From the IMG/VR virus record IMGVR_UViG_3300037467_002472, positions 1-36,300 of that record: a DNA stretch of 36,300 nucleotides. One strand, given 5' to 3'. The DNA is from a virus. Lineage: Duplodnaviria > Caudoviricetes. Shown here piece by piece: positions 1-8,670 of this stretch. A model generated the notes under the pieces. That model searched no databases and was not told the DNA's origin. It saw only the letters and a list, made by a program, of their open reading frames with translations. The position numbers were made by a program, and so were the translations under genes. How positions within the stretch are numbered: the first letter of the stretch is position 1; every line of letters starts with the position of its first letter.

Positions 1-1
1 G

Positions 2-493
2 AAGTCCGCCAGCCACGAGGCCGACATCAGCGGAGATCGTGGCAACAGTGGGCGTCTTGATGGTCTTGGTGCCGTCCGGTGCCGTGGTGCAACTGGCGAG
101 CGCCACCACACCAAGAAGCAGCAGCACAAGCGGATGCGACGCCACCTTGGCCGACGTCGTGGCCGTCGCCTTGATGTCGGCGGCGGCCTGAGCGACGACC
201 ACTGCCGTCTGTGGAGCCTGCTTGGCGGCTAGGATCTTGGCGGCCTCGGCTACGATGGCGGCCTGGGTGCGGCGGCCTACCGCTAGCGCGAGACCAGCGA
301 GGATCGGCACGTACTGCATCAGCAGCGAGCCGAGAGTATCGGCATCGGGCACCGGCAGGCCGTACTTGAGCGCCAGCGCCTTGTAGTAGATGCCGATCGG
401 GCCGACGATCAGCCAGGTGGCGATGGTCTTCCACTGGCCCGAATTGAGACTCAGAAACGACGCCTGCGGCGCCGGCAGATTGCCGTCGGTCAT
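2..493 (-). CDS. Lysis-cassette membrane protein (3' truncated by window edge): two N-terminal hydrophobic segments plus internal lipobox-type signal; holin/spanin-like
   Basis: Not in ORF track (no stop in window). AAGGAG RBS then ATG at 493; MTDGNLPAPQ...WKTIATWLIVGPIGIYY...YVPILAGLALAVGRR...HPLVLLLLGVVALASC-TTAPDG; directly downstream of endolysin. Confidence 0.75.
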   Translation of the reverse strand, partial: MTDGNLPAPQASFLSLNSGQWKTIATWLIVGPIGIYYKALALKYGLPVPDADTLGSLLMQYVPILAGLALAVGRRTQAAIVAEAAKILAAKQAPQTAVVVAQAAADIKATATTSAKVASHPLVLLLLGVVALASCTTAPDGTKTIKTPTVATISADVGLVAGGL

Positions 494-553
494 ATACTTC
501 TCCTTGTCGATTATCCGGATGGGAACGCGCGTCCGGCACAGCGCGCTTGAAAA

Positions 554-1207
554 TCAGGCCGCGAGAGCCGCCATCGTCATCGGGCCGACGTCACCATCGG
601 TCTGCAGGCCGCGCGACGACTGGAAGGCCATGATGGCCGCCTTCTCGACGGCGTAATCGTTGGAGACGTCGACCGGCGGCAGGCCGAGGAGAACGCGATT
701 TCGCTGCCAGTAGGCGACGCGGTCGGTGAGCCCGTTATAGCCGCCGTTGACGTGCCGCGTGATCTCCCTGAACCAGCCGCGGTCGGCCAGCAGCGAAAGC
801 TTGCGCGAATTCCAGAACCAGCACGCCGACGCGGTCCCGTATACCGGAGTGCAGATCAGCCGAGGCTCAGTGATCAGATCGATTCCCAGCGCAGCACCGC
901 AAGCGGCGTGGTTGGCTCGGCCGGTGATCTGAATCGGGCCGTGGCCCTTGAACTTCACGCCATCGCCCGGTTCGGTGTTCCCGAGATCGGTGTCGCCCTC
1001 GTAGGCGCTCCCGTCCGCGATCTCCTCCATGTAGCGATATTCCGCGCTCTCGTGCGCGAGTTGCGCCAGGAAGGCCGCAATGCGCTCCGGCGTGTCGATC
1101 GCGGCGGCCGCCATCGCCGGAGCGATGTAAGGCAGATGCGGGTCAAGCCGACGGCCGGCATTCGGGAACATCTGGCGGAGCTGCTGATCGGCAATCCGCA
1201 TGATCAT
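554..1207 (-). CDS. Endolysin, glycoside hydrolase family 19 with C-terminal peptidoglycan-binding domain
   Basis: GH19 motifs FLAQLAHES, FKGHGPIQITGRANH, TRHVNGGYNGL; C-terminal AIMAFQSSRGLQTDGDVGPMT (PG_binding_1-like). Start moved to ATG 1207, which overlaps the upstream stop (ATGA). Confidence 0.93.
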   Translation of the reverse strand: MIMRIADQQLRQMFPNAGRRLDPHLPYIAPAMAAAAIDTPERIAAFLAQLAHESAEYRYMEEIADGSAYEGDTDLGNTEPGDGVKFKGHGPIQITGRANHAACGAALGIDLITEPRLICTPVYGTASACWFWNSRKLSLLADRGWFREITRHVNGGYNGLTDRVAYWQRNRVLLGLPPVDVSNDYAVEKAAIMAFQSSRGLQTDGDVGPMTMAALAA

Positions 1208-1491
1208 CGCCCAAACGCGCCGATGTTGAGCTTGATGCCCAACCACAGCGCCCCGGCCCCGATCAGGGCGTACATCAGAGCCTTGCCGAAGGCCGAGAGC
1301 GCGCTGTTGCGCACCACGCGGTACATCGCCAGCAGGTCGCGCAGCTGGCGGATGTCGATCGGCGCCTTGTCGTCCTGAAGACCGACGCTGGCCAGCGCCT
1401 TGCGGGCACCGCGATCGGCGGCGGTCTCGAGTAGGTCCTCGAGCTGGGCGTGCGTCAGCGTGAGCGGCTTGGTGCTCCCGGCAGAATCCAT
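1204..1491 (-). CDS. DUF6127-like putative holin
   Basis: LEDLLETAADRGARKALASVGL..DIRQLRDLL pattern, C-terminal TM helix, immediately upstream of endolysin. Confidence 0.75.
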   Translation of the reverse strand: MDSAGSTKPLTLTHAQLEDLLETAADRGARKALASVGLQDDKAPIDIRQLRDLLAMYRVVRNSALSAFGKALMYALIGAGALWLGIKLNIGAFGR

Positions 1492-1542
1492 CGCGGCTGG
1501 TTCCCCTGTTATGGTGGCTGCCTGTTCCCTTCGGAGGCGCCT

Positions 1543-1819
1543 ATGGCGAACGGCAAAAACGAGCTTCCCCGCGGCGGGCTACCGGAGGGCACCCAGGCGC
1601 TGCTGGCGGTCGGTGCCGCCGGCTACGCGCTGGCGATGGAGCTACTGACGACGCTCAAGGACAAAGGCCTGCTGAGCCACGACGAGGCCGCCAGCGTGAT
1701 CGACCGCACCCTTGGCCGCGCTTGAACGGACGCATGCCGCGACCCCGCATCCCGCGTTCCGGCTGGCGCGTCAGGCACTCGATCGGCAACTCGAATTGTG
1801 GCAGCGGCAGCGCGGCTAG
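1543..1819 (+). pseudogene. Frameshifted small hypothetical gene, opposite to phage transcription
   Basis: GGAGG RBS, ATG 1543, MANGKNELPRGG...VIDRTL; removing one base near 1712-1715 continues ALERTHAATPHPAFRLARQALDRQLELWQRQRG to TAG 1819 (span 277 nt = 92 codons + 1). Confidence 0.6.
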
Positions 1820-2014
1820 GACCGCCTTCCCCGTCGACTCCGGCTGCCCGGCATGCTGTTCTCGGAGCCGCTCCGGTCCGCCGAAAGGCGCCGGAGTGGT
1901 GGGGCTCGACCGTCCCTCAACCCGTGTCGGGCCATGGTGAACACCATGAGGCCGGTGGTGACCTCTCCCAGACCCGCCGCCGGTCTCCCCCGCCGCCCAG
2001 CACCAAGGGGCCCT

Positions 2015-2146
2015 TTACTTCTTCGGCTCTTCTTTCGGCGCCTTGAGCTTGGCGAACTCGGCCTGAAGCTGCTGGACTTGCAGCTGCAGCTGAGGTTGCT
2101 GCGCGCTTGCCGGGCCCGCCATCAACGCCAGCAAGAGCACCGCCAT
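2015..2146 (-). CDS. Small putative exported peptide (signal peptide + short coiled coil), 43 aa
   Basis: Below ORF-track cutoff; MAVLLLALMAGPASA-QQPQLQLQVQQLQAEFAKLKAPKEEPKK*; host-like codons; start uncertain. Confidence 0.45.
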   Translation of the reverse strand: MAVLLLALMAGPASAQQPQLQLQVQQLQAEFAKLKAPKEEPKK

Positions 2147-2225
2147 TCCGAGGGAGCATTTGCGCTCGTGTCGGATGCGGTCGAGCCTGTACTGGCGGTT
2201 GGAAATCAGCTGGTTCTCATCGCCC

Positions 2226-3935
2226 TTAGAACTGCATCGCTCTCCATGCGACGGTCGGCGCTCCCGAATATGTCATGCCCAATGCGTCTCCCGGCATCGT
2301 GAACGCGATGCAAGGCGTGGCATTGCAGACCGTCGTGCCATTCACAGAAACCGCACTTACCGACGTGCCACCGTATATATTGGCAATTGCCGGTTGGCCG
2401 GACGTGTTCGTGACCGTGCCGCCCGAAGACGGCACGCCGAGACCTGCAGCGAAATCCTGCAGGGTGTTGATCCATATGATGCCGGTCTTGCTCTGGAACA
2501 GAGTTCCGGCGCCGCCGTATGCGGCGCTGTCGAACTTGTTGCCGACTCCCGCTGTGGCGTTGATCCCGTGGTCTCCGCTGCTGAAGAACGTGATGATGCC
2601 TCCGGCGAAGAGGTTATTCTGGACATTCGCGCTGTCGATCTGCACGCCGACGCTGTTAACTTCCACGTCGATGCCGTCGAACAGATTGCCGCTGAATGAG
2701 TTGCCAGCACTCGTAAGGTGAACACCAATAGCGCAGTTGCCGCCGGACACCTTGATGGTATTCATGGTCCCGGCCACGAACTGATGAGCCTTGCCGTTGC
2801 CGGGCCCCGAGCAGTTGGCGGTCGCGCGCACGCGGCTGTTGTAGAGGCCGTTGTACTGAATGCCTATGTTCGCAGGGTCTGTGGAATTGTTGTTGACGAC
2901 GAGTTGATCAATCAGCGCTCCGTTCAGCGCGTCGGTTGTGGATGTCGCGATGCGCACCAGAGGCCCGGCGTAGCTGCCAACGATGGCAAAGTCCCGCAGC
3001 GACGCATAGAACATCGCGGTCGAACTAGTCAGCGTGAAATGGAATCCGGCATCAAATACAATCACCGAGTTGTCACCGCCGGCTCCGAATACCACCGGTC
3101 CATGAGAGTTTGCCGGCATCGTCACCGTTAGATTCGACGTAACCCTGTAGTGCCCCGTAGCCATGAAGAGACAATTGGCGTGCTGGGCCGCAGCGGAGGT
3201 CACTGCTCCGAACCAATTAGAGATAGCCGTGGTATCGTCAGTTGATCCATCTCCTGCCGCACCGAAGTCATAAGGAGAAGGGCAGAAGCCCTTCTGTAAT
3301 TTGCTGGCAACGGTCTGTTGAGTCGCGCCGGTGCCGCTCTGCAGGAACGTCGTGTTGCCGGCCTGCAGGCCCGTGATGTTCGTTCCGGTGCCGCTGCTGG
3401 GCGTACCGAGCGCACCGCCATTAGTAACGAAGGCGCCAGCGCTGCCGACATTGGTGCCGAGTGCCGTGCTGACGCCCGTCGCCAGCCCGCTGAGATCGGA
3501 GATCGCCGGCTGCGATAGTCCCGGCACACCGAGCGTCGAGATCGAGCTGATCCATTGATGCGAGGCACCCGTTGTGGACTGGATGCCGCCGAGCGTGGAT
3601 GCTGAGGGGTTGGGAAGATCGGCGCCGATCAGCGACCGGAAATTCGGCTGTGCCGGCGATCCCGTCGTTGGTCCTGCAAGCACGCTGTTGCGCGGCTCGT
3701 TGCCGAAGCCTTGGACCGGGACACCGTTGATGAAGATGTTCTCCGCATTGATGGTTCCGGGGCCCTGGCAGCCGCCGGTGACGGACTGCGGGAACAGGAA
3801 GCAGGTGCCGAGGTCCTTGGGGTATATCTGGGCACCGTTCTGTGTGAACGGACCGTTCGTCGGCGGGGCGGGCTGTGCCGCTGCACCGCCAGCCAAGAGG
3901 AGCAGGCCAAGCAACCCGGTCAGGAATCTCTTCAT
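2226..3935 (-). CDS. Tailspike/depolymerase-like protein with pectate_lyase_3-type beta-helix and N-terminal signal peptide
   Basis: FLQSGTGATQQTVASKLQ neck motif, PYDFGAAGDGSTDDTTAI beta-helix cap, Asn/Gly-rich rungs; N-terminus MKRFLTGLLGLLLLAGGAAA-Q. Confidence 0.8.
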   Translation of the reverse strand: MKRFLTGLLGLLLLAGGAAAQPAPPTNGPFTQNGAQIYPKDLGTCFLFPQSVTGGCQGPGTINAENIFINGVPVQGFGNEPRNSVLAGPTTGSPAQPNFRSLIGADLPNPSASTLGGIQSTTGASHQWISSISTLGVPGLSQPAISDLSGLATGVSTALGTNVGSAGAFVTNGGALGTPSSGTGTNITGLQAGNTTFLQSGTGATQQTVASKLQKGFCPSPYDFGAAGDGSTDDTTAISNWFGAVTSAAAQHANCLFMATGHYRVTSNLTVTMPANSHGPVVFGAGGDNSVIVFDAGFHFTLTSSTAMFYASLRDFAIVGSYAGPLVRIATSTTDALNGALIDQLVVNNNSTDPANIGIQYNGLYNSRVRATANCSGPGNGKAHQFVAGTMNTIKVSGGNCAIGVHLTSAGNSFSGNLFDGIDVEVNSVGVQIDSANVQNNLFAGGIITFFSSGDHGINATAGVGNKFDSAAYGGAGTLFQSKTGIIWINTLQDFAAGLGVPSSGGTVTNTSGQPAIANIYGGTSVSAVSVNGTTVCNATPCIAFTMPGDALGMTYSGAPTVAWRAMQF

Positions 3936-3940
3936 CGTTC

Positions 3941-4240
3941 TCACCACTGCACCGCCGCAAAGGCATGATTGGCATCCGGTGCCACTACCTGTGTCACCGT
4001 GGTCTGCCCCGGGATCGCGAGATAGGTCTCTCCGGGCCAGATCGGAAATGTCGTCCCGCCCTCGGATAGAGCAGGCGCGTTTCCTGTCGGATCGACGTAG
4101 AGCGGTTGTGTTGCCGTGCTCGGATTGTAGATCCAGCCGCCATTGATATTCGCACCGAGCGCGATCACGGGCTGACCGATCGGACCCGTGGTCGAATTCG
4201 GTCCCGCAACAGGGATGACGGCAGGAGTAGTGCTGGCCAT
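3941..4240 (-). CDS. Small beta-rich tail-associated protein, paralogous to N-terminal domain of 5910-6983
   Basis: GGWIYNP...LYVDP...IWPG...HAFAAV aligns by eye with GGYIVNP...LYVDP...IQPG...HKFAGV. Confidence 0.7.
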   Translation of the reverse strand: MASTTPAVIPVAGPNSTTGPIGQPVIALGANINGGWIYNPSTATQPLYVDPTGNAPALSEGGTTFPIWPGETYLAIPGQTTVTQVVAPDANHAFAAVQW

Positions 4241-4250
4241 GCCCGACCTC

Positions 4251-5891
4251 TTACAGCTTGATGAAGAGGTTCATCAGCAGGGTGGGCCCGGTGATGTTCA
4301 TCAGGTTGCTGAGGCCCGCGCTGCCGGTGTTGCCGTTGAACGGCTGAGCGCCGCCACCCTGGGTCGGCTGCGTCGAGTTCGAGGTTGCGCCCAGGTACGT
4401 GTGCGTGTGAGCGACCAGCTCGGCCAAGGTCGTGGCATGCATCTGCTCGCCGGCGAAGTTGCCGAGTGCCGCTGTCATGAAGCCGTTGGCGCTGTAGTTG
4501 CCGCCAAGACGATTGGCTGCGGTTCCACCCATGGCATCGGCGCCGGCGAGCGCGGCGCCGCGGGCATCGGGCAGCGTGAACGTCGTCGAACCGTCGCCAC
4601 ACCCGAACGGATTGAAGCGGCAGGTCTGGCTTCCGGACTGGCTGCCGGTGAAGGCGATCGCCGAGATGCCGCCGGCCAGTTGGCCGAGAGTGGTTTCGAC
4701 ACCAGGATTGGAGACCAGCGCGGCAACCAGCGTCGAACCTGTCGTTCCTGCGAGCGCCGTGTAGACGCCGTTGTAGCCGACCGGCGAGCAGCCATTCAGC
4801 ACGAACAAGGAGCCCGGGATCAACCCGTGAGCCGTCGTCGTCGTCGCCGTGATCTGGCCGCCGCCAGTGGAAGCCCAAGTCAGGCCGGTCAGCGCATTGC
4901 TCGCCGAGAACAGGCTGCCGACGTTGAAGCTGTTCGTCGACGGCGCCAGCACATAGTAGTCCGTCCCCGTGCTCAATCCGGTGGGCAGCGATCCCGTGGT
5001 CTCGAAGGAGATCTTGGAGCCCAGCTTGAGACCGTGGCCGGTCCAGTTCACAACACCCGGCGACGCGATGTTCAGGGTGACCAGCGAAGATGTCGTGATG
5101 GCCGCGAAGAGATTTGCCGTGGAACCCGTACGAGAGACGGCCTGGCCGTAGCTGAGCAGCCAGCCGCCGGGGGCATTGAGGGCCGCGCCGAACACCATGG
5201 CACCGGAGAACAGACCTGTGGCATTCGCCAATTGAGACGGGGTGACATAGCTCCGTCCGTCTGTCCCCGCCGAGATCGCCGCGGCCGTGGCCGGTGCCGG
5301 ATTCGGAAGCTCGAACACGCTTCCATCCCAATAGAGCTCGGTGATGCCGCCAGCGATGATCTCGCCACCGATGCATGCCGAGCCGTCGTAGCGCTTGATG
5401 GCAACGGCACCCCACCCGGCATTGACCGTCGACGCACCGGTGTTGGTGTTCTGTGCCAGCATCCTGATCGGTGTTCCTGCCGATGGTGCCGTGCTGATCG
5501 CCGGTGTCAGTGCCAGGACATAGGCATTCACGGCACCGGTATCGACGCCGTAGTTGAAGCTCTGACTCTGTGCCTGTGACTGTTGGACCAGCGCTTCCAG
5601 CTGTCCGGCAGTCATGAGGTTGCCGAAGAGATCGTTGGCCGCCCATCCGAGTGGGGTGGTACCCTCCTTGCCGCGCTGCATCGTGATCTGATCGCCGGTC
5701 ACGTTCGTCACCGAGACGATCTCGTGCAGGAGTCCCGTCGCCGCATCGGTGAAGGTTCCGACGAAATACTGATTGGCTCCAGGTGCCGCGAACAGGATGC
5801 CGCTACCCGGCGCCAGATTGGCGACCGTTGCGGTATTCGAGATCGAACCCGCCAGAGTGCTCTGGGCGTTGTTGGCGGCAATGAGCTGCAT
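4251..5891 (-). CDS. Tail fibre protein with split tail-collar domain
   Basis: Collar motifs GWLLSYGQAVSRT..ANLFAAI and FGCGDGSTTFTLPDARG; tip motif LAELVAHTHT; C-terminal LLMNLFIKL; follows baseplate wedge. Confidence 0.88.
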   Translation of the reverse strand: MQLIAANNAQSTLAGSISNTATVANLAPGSGILFAAPGANQYFVGTFTDAATGLLHEIVSVTNVTGDQITMQRGKEGTTPLGWAANDLFGNLMTAGQLEALVQQSQAQSQSFNYGVDTGAVNAYVLALTPAISTAPSAGTPIRMLAQNTNTGASTVNAGWGAVAIKRYDGSACIGGEIIAGGITELYWDGSVFELPNPAPATAAAISAGTDGRSYVTPSQLANATGLFSGAMVFGAALNAPGGWLLSYGQAVSRTGSTANLFAAITTSSLVTLNIASPGVVNWTGHGLKLGSKISFETTGSLPTGLSTGTDYYVLAPSTNSFNVGSLFSASNALTGLTWASTGGGQITATTTTAHGLIPGSLFVLNGCSPVGYNGVYTALAGTTGSTLVAALVSNPGVETTLGQLAGGISAIAFTGSQSGSQTCRFNPFGCGDGSTTFTLPDARGAALAGADAMGGTAANRLGGNYSANGFMTAALGNFAGEQMHATTLAELVAHTHTYLGATSNSTQPTQGGGAQPFNGNTGSAGLSNLMNITGPTLLMNLFIKL

Positions 5892-5909
5892 CTGGGTTGG
5901 TCCCCGCGA

Positions 5910-6983
5910 TCAGTTGGTATTGACGATGACCTGCCACATGAAGGGCAGTTCCAAGACACCGGCCTGCACTGCCGCTTTGAATATCGGCACGTATGGCGAC
6001 ACCGGCAGCGCCAGCGAGGTCGTCTGGAGATCGTTGAACGGTGCGGCGTTGAACGGGCTCACGTTGAACGTGGCGCCCTTGGTCGCGAAGCGGCGCGTCG
6101 TCTGGAGGTTGATGTTGATCTCGTTGTCGGTCCCGAAAGTGACGGAGACCTGATAGGTCTGATCGGTCTGACCCGCAGTGCCGTTGGTTCCCGTCAGGAA
6201 GCGCTGCACCCTACGTTTCAGCCAGCGGACGTTGAAGACGAAGCCATCACCGCGCCAGAGATGCCAGGTCAGGATCCTTTTGAAGATGTCGTCCGAGGTC
6301 GCATAGATGCCGGTCGGTCCCTGTCGGATCAGGGCGTTGAACGGGATCGTGTTGAAGGCCGCCGTATTGAAGGGGCCTCGCGTGCTCGAAAGCCCGGAGG
6401 GAAGAACCGGCCGCTTCATGCCGTAGATGCCCGAGGCCACCCAGTCGAGCAGCGCTCCCGTGATCAGCGGATTGCCGGCATAGACCGGCAGCGACGCATT
6501 CGCGAACCATGCCACGTAGGCCTGAGCCAACTGGTTGTAGGCGTCGACGAAGGCCTGGAGGTCCTCATCATCGTTGTATTGCTGATAGAGGTAACTCGGC
6601 AGGCCGCCGAGGACGGTCGTCGGTCCGGCCGGCGGGAAGCCGCCCAGGGGTTGAAAGTTCGAGGCGCCCTGGACGACGACGCCAGCAAACTTGTGGCCCG
6701 CGCTTGCCGCGTTGACCGAGATCGCTCGTCCAGCGAAGCCGGCGGGAATCTTGAATCTGCCGCCGGGTTGTATCGCCGAACACGTTGGGGTCACACCGAC
6801 CACAGCTGGATTGACGGGATCGACGTACAGGACCTCTGGCGCCGTCAGGCCCTGATCTGCAGCCAACAGTGGATTGACGATGTAGCCACCGAGTGCTGGC
6901 CCCATCGCAGCATCGACGGCCTGTCCAGCAGTGATGATCTTCGAGGCGACGAGCGGCCAGACCTTGACCGCGGTGGTGATCAC
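5910..6983 (-). CDS. Baseplate wedge protein (DUF2612/gpI-like) with extra N-terminal domain
   Basis: LPSYLYQQYNDD, LLDWVASGIYG, SDDIFKRILTWHL motifs; downstream of baseplate J. Confidence 0.75.
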   Translation of the reverse strand: MITTAVKVWPLVASKIITAGQAVDAAMGPALGGYIVNPLLAADQGLTAPEVLYVDPVNPAVVGVTPTCSAIQPGGRFKIPAGFAGRAISVNAASAGHKFAGVVVQGASNFQPLGGFPPAGPTTVLGGLPSYLYQQYNDDEDLQAFVDAYNQLAQAYVAWFANASLPVYAGNPLITGALLDWVASGIYGMKRPVLPSGLSSTRGPFNTAAFNTIPFNALIRQGPTGIYATSDDIFKRILTWHLWRGDGFVFNVRWLKRRVQRFLTGTNGTAGQTDQTYQVSVTFGTDNEININLQTTRRFATKGATFNVSPFNAAPFNDLQTTSLALPVSPYVPIFKAAVQAGVLELPFMWQVIVNTN

Positions 6984-6984
6984 G

Positions 6985-8670
6985 TCAGCCCTGAACGACG
7001 CTGATGCCCGAGGTCAGGGCGAAGAAGAAGGACTCCGGATCGCCAGAGATCACCACGGTTCCTGCTGATGGCGACGCCCCTTCCCCATTGATCGACACCG
7101 AGAAGACCAGTCGCGTCAGTTGGTACGCCGGCAGGATGTCCGCGACGGCTGCCTGGAAGGCATCTTCCATCTGCAGCAGATTGAGCGGCTGTCCGACGGG
7201 GACCGAATTGACATAGGCCGCTAGTGCGGGTGCAGCGGCCTGCGCCATTGCGGTGGGGCTGACCACGTTCGTCGACGACGTATTCCACGTCGCCGTCATC
7301 GTGACGGTCTGTTGCGGCGGATTGACGATCGGGACGAGATAGGTGTCCGGGTAGTCGATGATGGTGACCGGAACGTTCCGGAGGTTCGGGGTGACGACAC
7401 CACCGCCGGCGTAGTCGCCGAAGCTTGAGGTGTTGAAATTGGCGACGCCCGCAGGAATGGAGCCCGGTGTCGTCGCCGGAGACGTCAGCGTTGTCGTCTG
7501 AGCGGCAACAACGGTGCTGCCGGACGTACCCGCGATGGCGACATAGGTGCCGTTGTAGCCCGATGGTGAGGCGCCACTGATCTCGAAGGTCGAGCCTACC
7601 ATAATGCCATGGGCAGAAGCCGTGGTGCCCGTGATCTCGCCGCCGGCGGTGCTGGCCCAGGTCAGCGCCGACAGATTCACTGCAGCAAAAGGGGTCCCGA
7701 GACTGAACGTGGTCTGCGTCGGCGTCGCGATGATGGTGAAGGTGCCGTCATAGTCCGAGGGATTGTCATGCGTGATCGTGACGACCTGGCCCGGCGAGAA
7801 CAGATGATTAAGATCCGTGGTGACGACACCCGGATTTGCCTTCGTGATATCGGTCACCCCAAGCGTTGAGCCGGTCATGTCGGCGATGCCGGGACCCAGC
7901 GCCTTGTAGATCGCATAGGCGACCTGATAGGGGTCCCCTCCTCCGACGATGACTTCCCACTTGCCGGATTCGGTGATCAGTGCGGAGATCAGGCGCTGCT
8001 GGACGTTGGGCACCTGCCCCAGCAGCGTCTTGAGGAAGCTCAGCGTGCCGATCGAGGGCGCCAGCTGCCCCTGCAGGACACGCGCCCGGTAGGCGGTTTC
8101 GTCCTCGGCGCCAGTTCCCGGTGTCCCCGGTGTCGGATTGACCACGGTAAGCGGGAAGTTGTTGGGAACCGAGGTGACCATCTGGGTCACCGTTCCCGCC
8201 GGGACCGCCCACGTTCCGGTCTGGGTCGCCAGCGCGAAGAGAAGCGGCGTCTGGCGATCACTGCCGACGACGCCGCCGTCCTGGACGACATACTGGAAGG
8301 TGCCGTCGCCGACGATGAAGCCCTCATCGATCACGAAACCCGGGGTCCCAGTGAAGACGACGAAGACGGAGGTGTTGCTGTTCAAGCCGATCGGGATGCC
8401 GATCTGCTGACCGATCTGGCTGAGCAGGAAGGCGTTGGCCCCCAGCGGCGTGATGCTGTTGATGAGCTCGACGAGACCACCATCAAGCAGGATCAGTGCG
8501 CCGGTATCCGTCGACGCGATGTCCTCGATGAGGGTGCCCGGCAGGTTGAGCGTGGCCTGCGGATTGAGCTGGCCCACCAACGTCAGCAGGTTCTGCAGCA
8601 ACGTGGCCGGCGGCGTCGGAACGGCACCGGCCGGACCGAGGACTACAGGAAGGCTGCCGGTACCGCTCAT
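6985..8670 (-). CDS. Baseplate J/gp47-like protein with inserted beta-modules
   Basis: LPGTLIEDIAST, NAFLLSQIGQQIG, AEDETAYRARVL (J-family signature), GGGDPYQVAYAI. Confidence 0.88.
   Translation of the reverse strand: MSGTGSLPVVLGPAGAVPTPPATLLQNLLTLVGQLNPQATLNLPGTLIEDIASTDTGALILLDGGLVELINSITPLGANAFLLSQIGQQIGIPIGLNSNTSVFVVFTGTPGFVIDEGFIVGDGTFQYVVQDGGVVGSDRQTPLLFALATQTGTWAVPAGTVTQMVTSVPNNFPLTVVNPTPGTPGTGAEDETAYRARVLQGQLAPSIGTLSFLKTLLGQVPNVQQRLISALITESGKWEVIVGGGDPYQVAYAIYKALGPGIADMTGSTLGVTDITKANPGVVTTDLNHLFSPGQVVTITHDNPSDYDGTFTIIATPTQTTFSLGTPFAAVNLSALTWASTAGGEITGTTASAHGIMVGSTFEISGASPSGYNGTYVAIAGTSGSTVVAAQTTTLTSPATTPGSIPAGVANFNTSSFGDYAGGGVVTPNLRNVPVTIIDYPDTYLVPIVNPPQQTVTMTATWNTSSTNVVSPTAMAQAAAPALAAYVNSVPVGQPLNLLQMEDAFQAAVADILPAYQLTRLVFSVSINGEGASPSAGTVVISGDPESFFFALTSGISVVQG

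Noticed and set aside
27-539. ORF-track 170-aa minus ORF
   Set aside because: Wrong frame; the frame starting at ATG 493 has the RBS and a membrane-protein sequence
2226-5891. Diversity-generating retroelement or invertible fibre cassette
   Set aside because: No reverse transcriptase, invertase or near-identical TR/VR nucleotide repeat seen in the window
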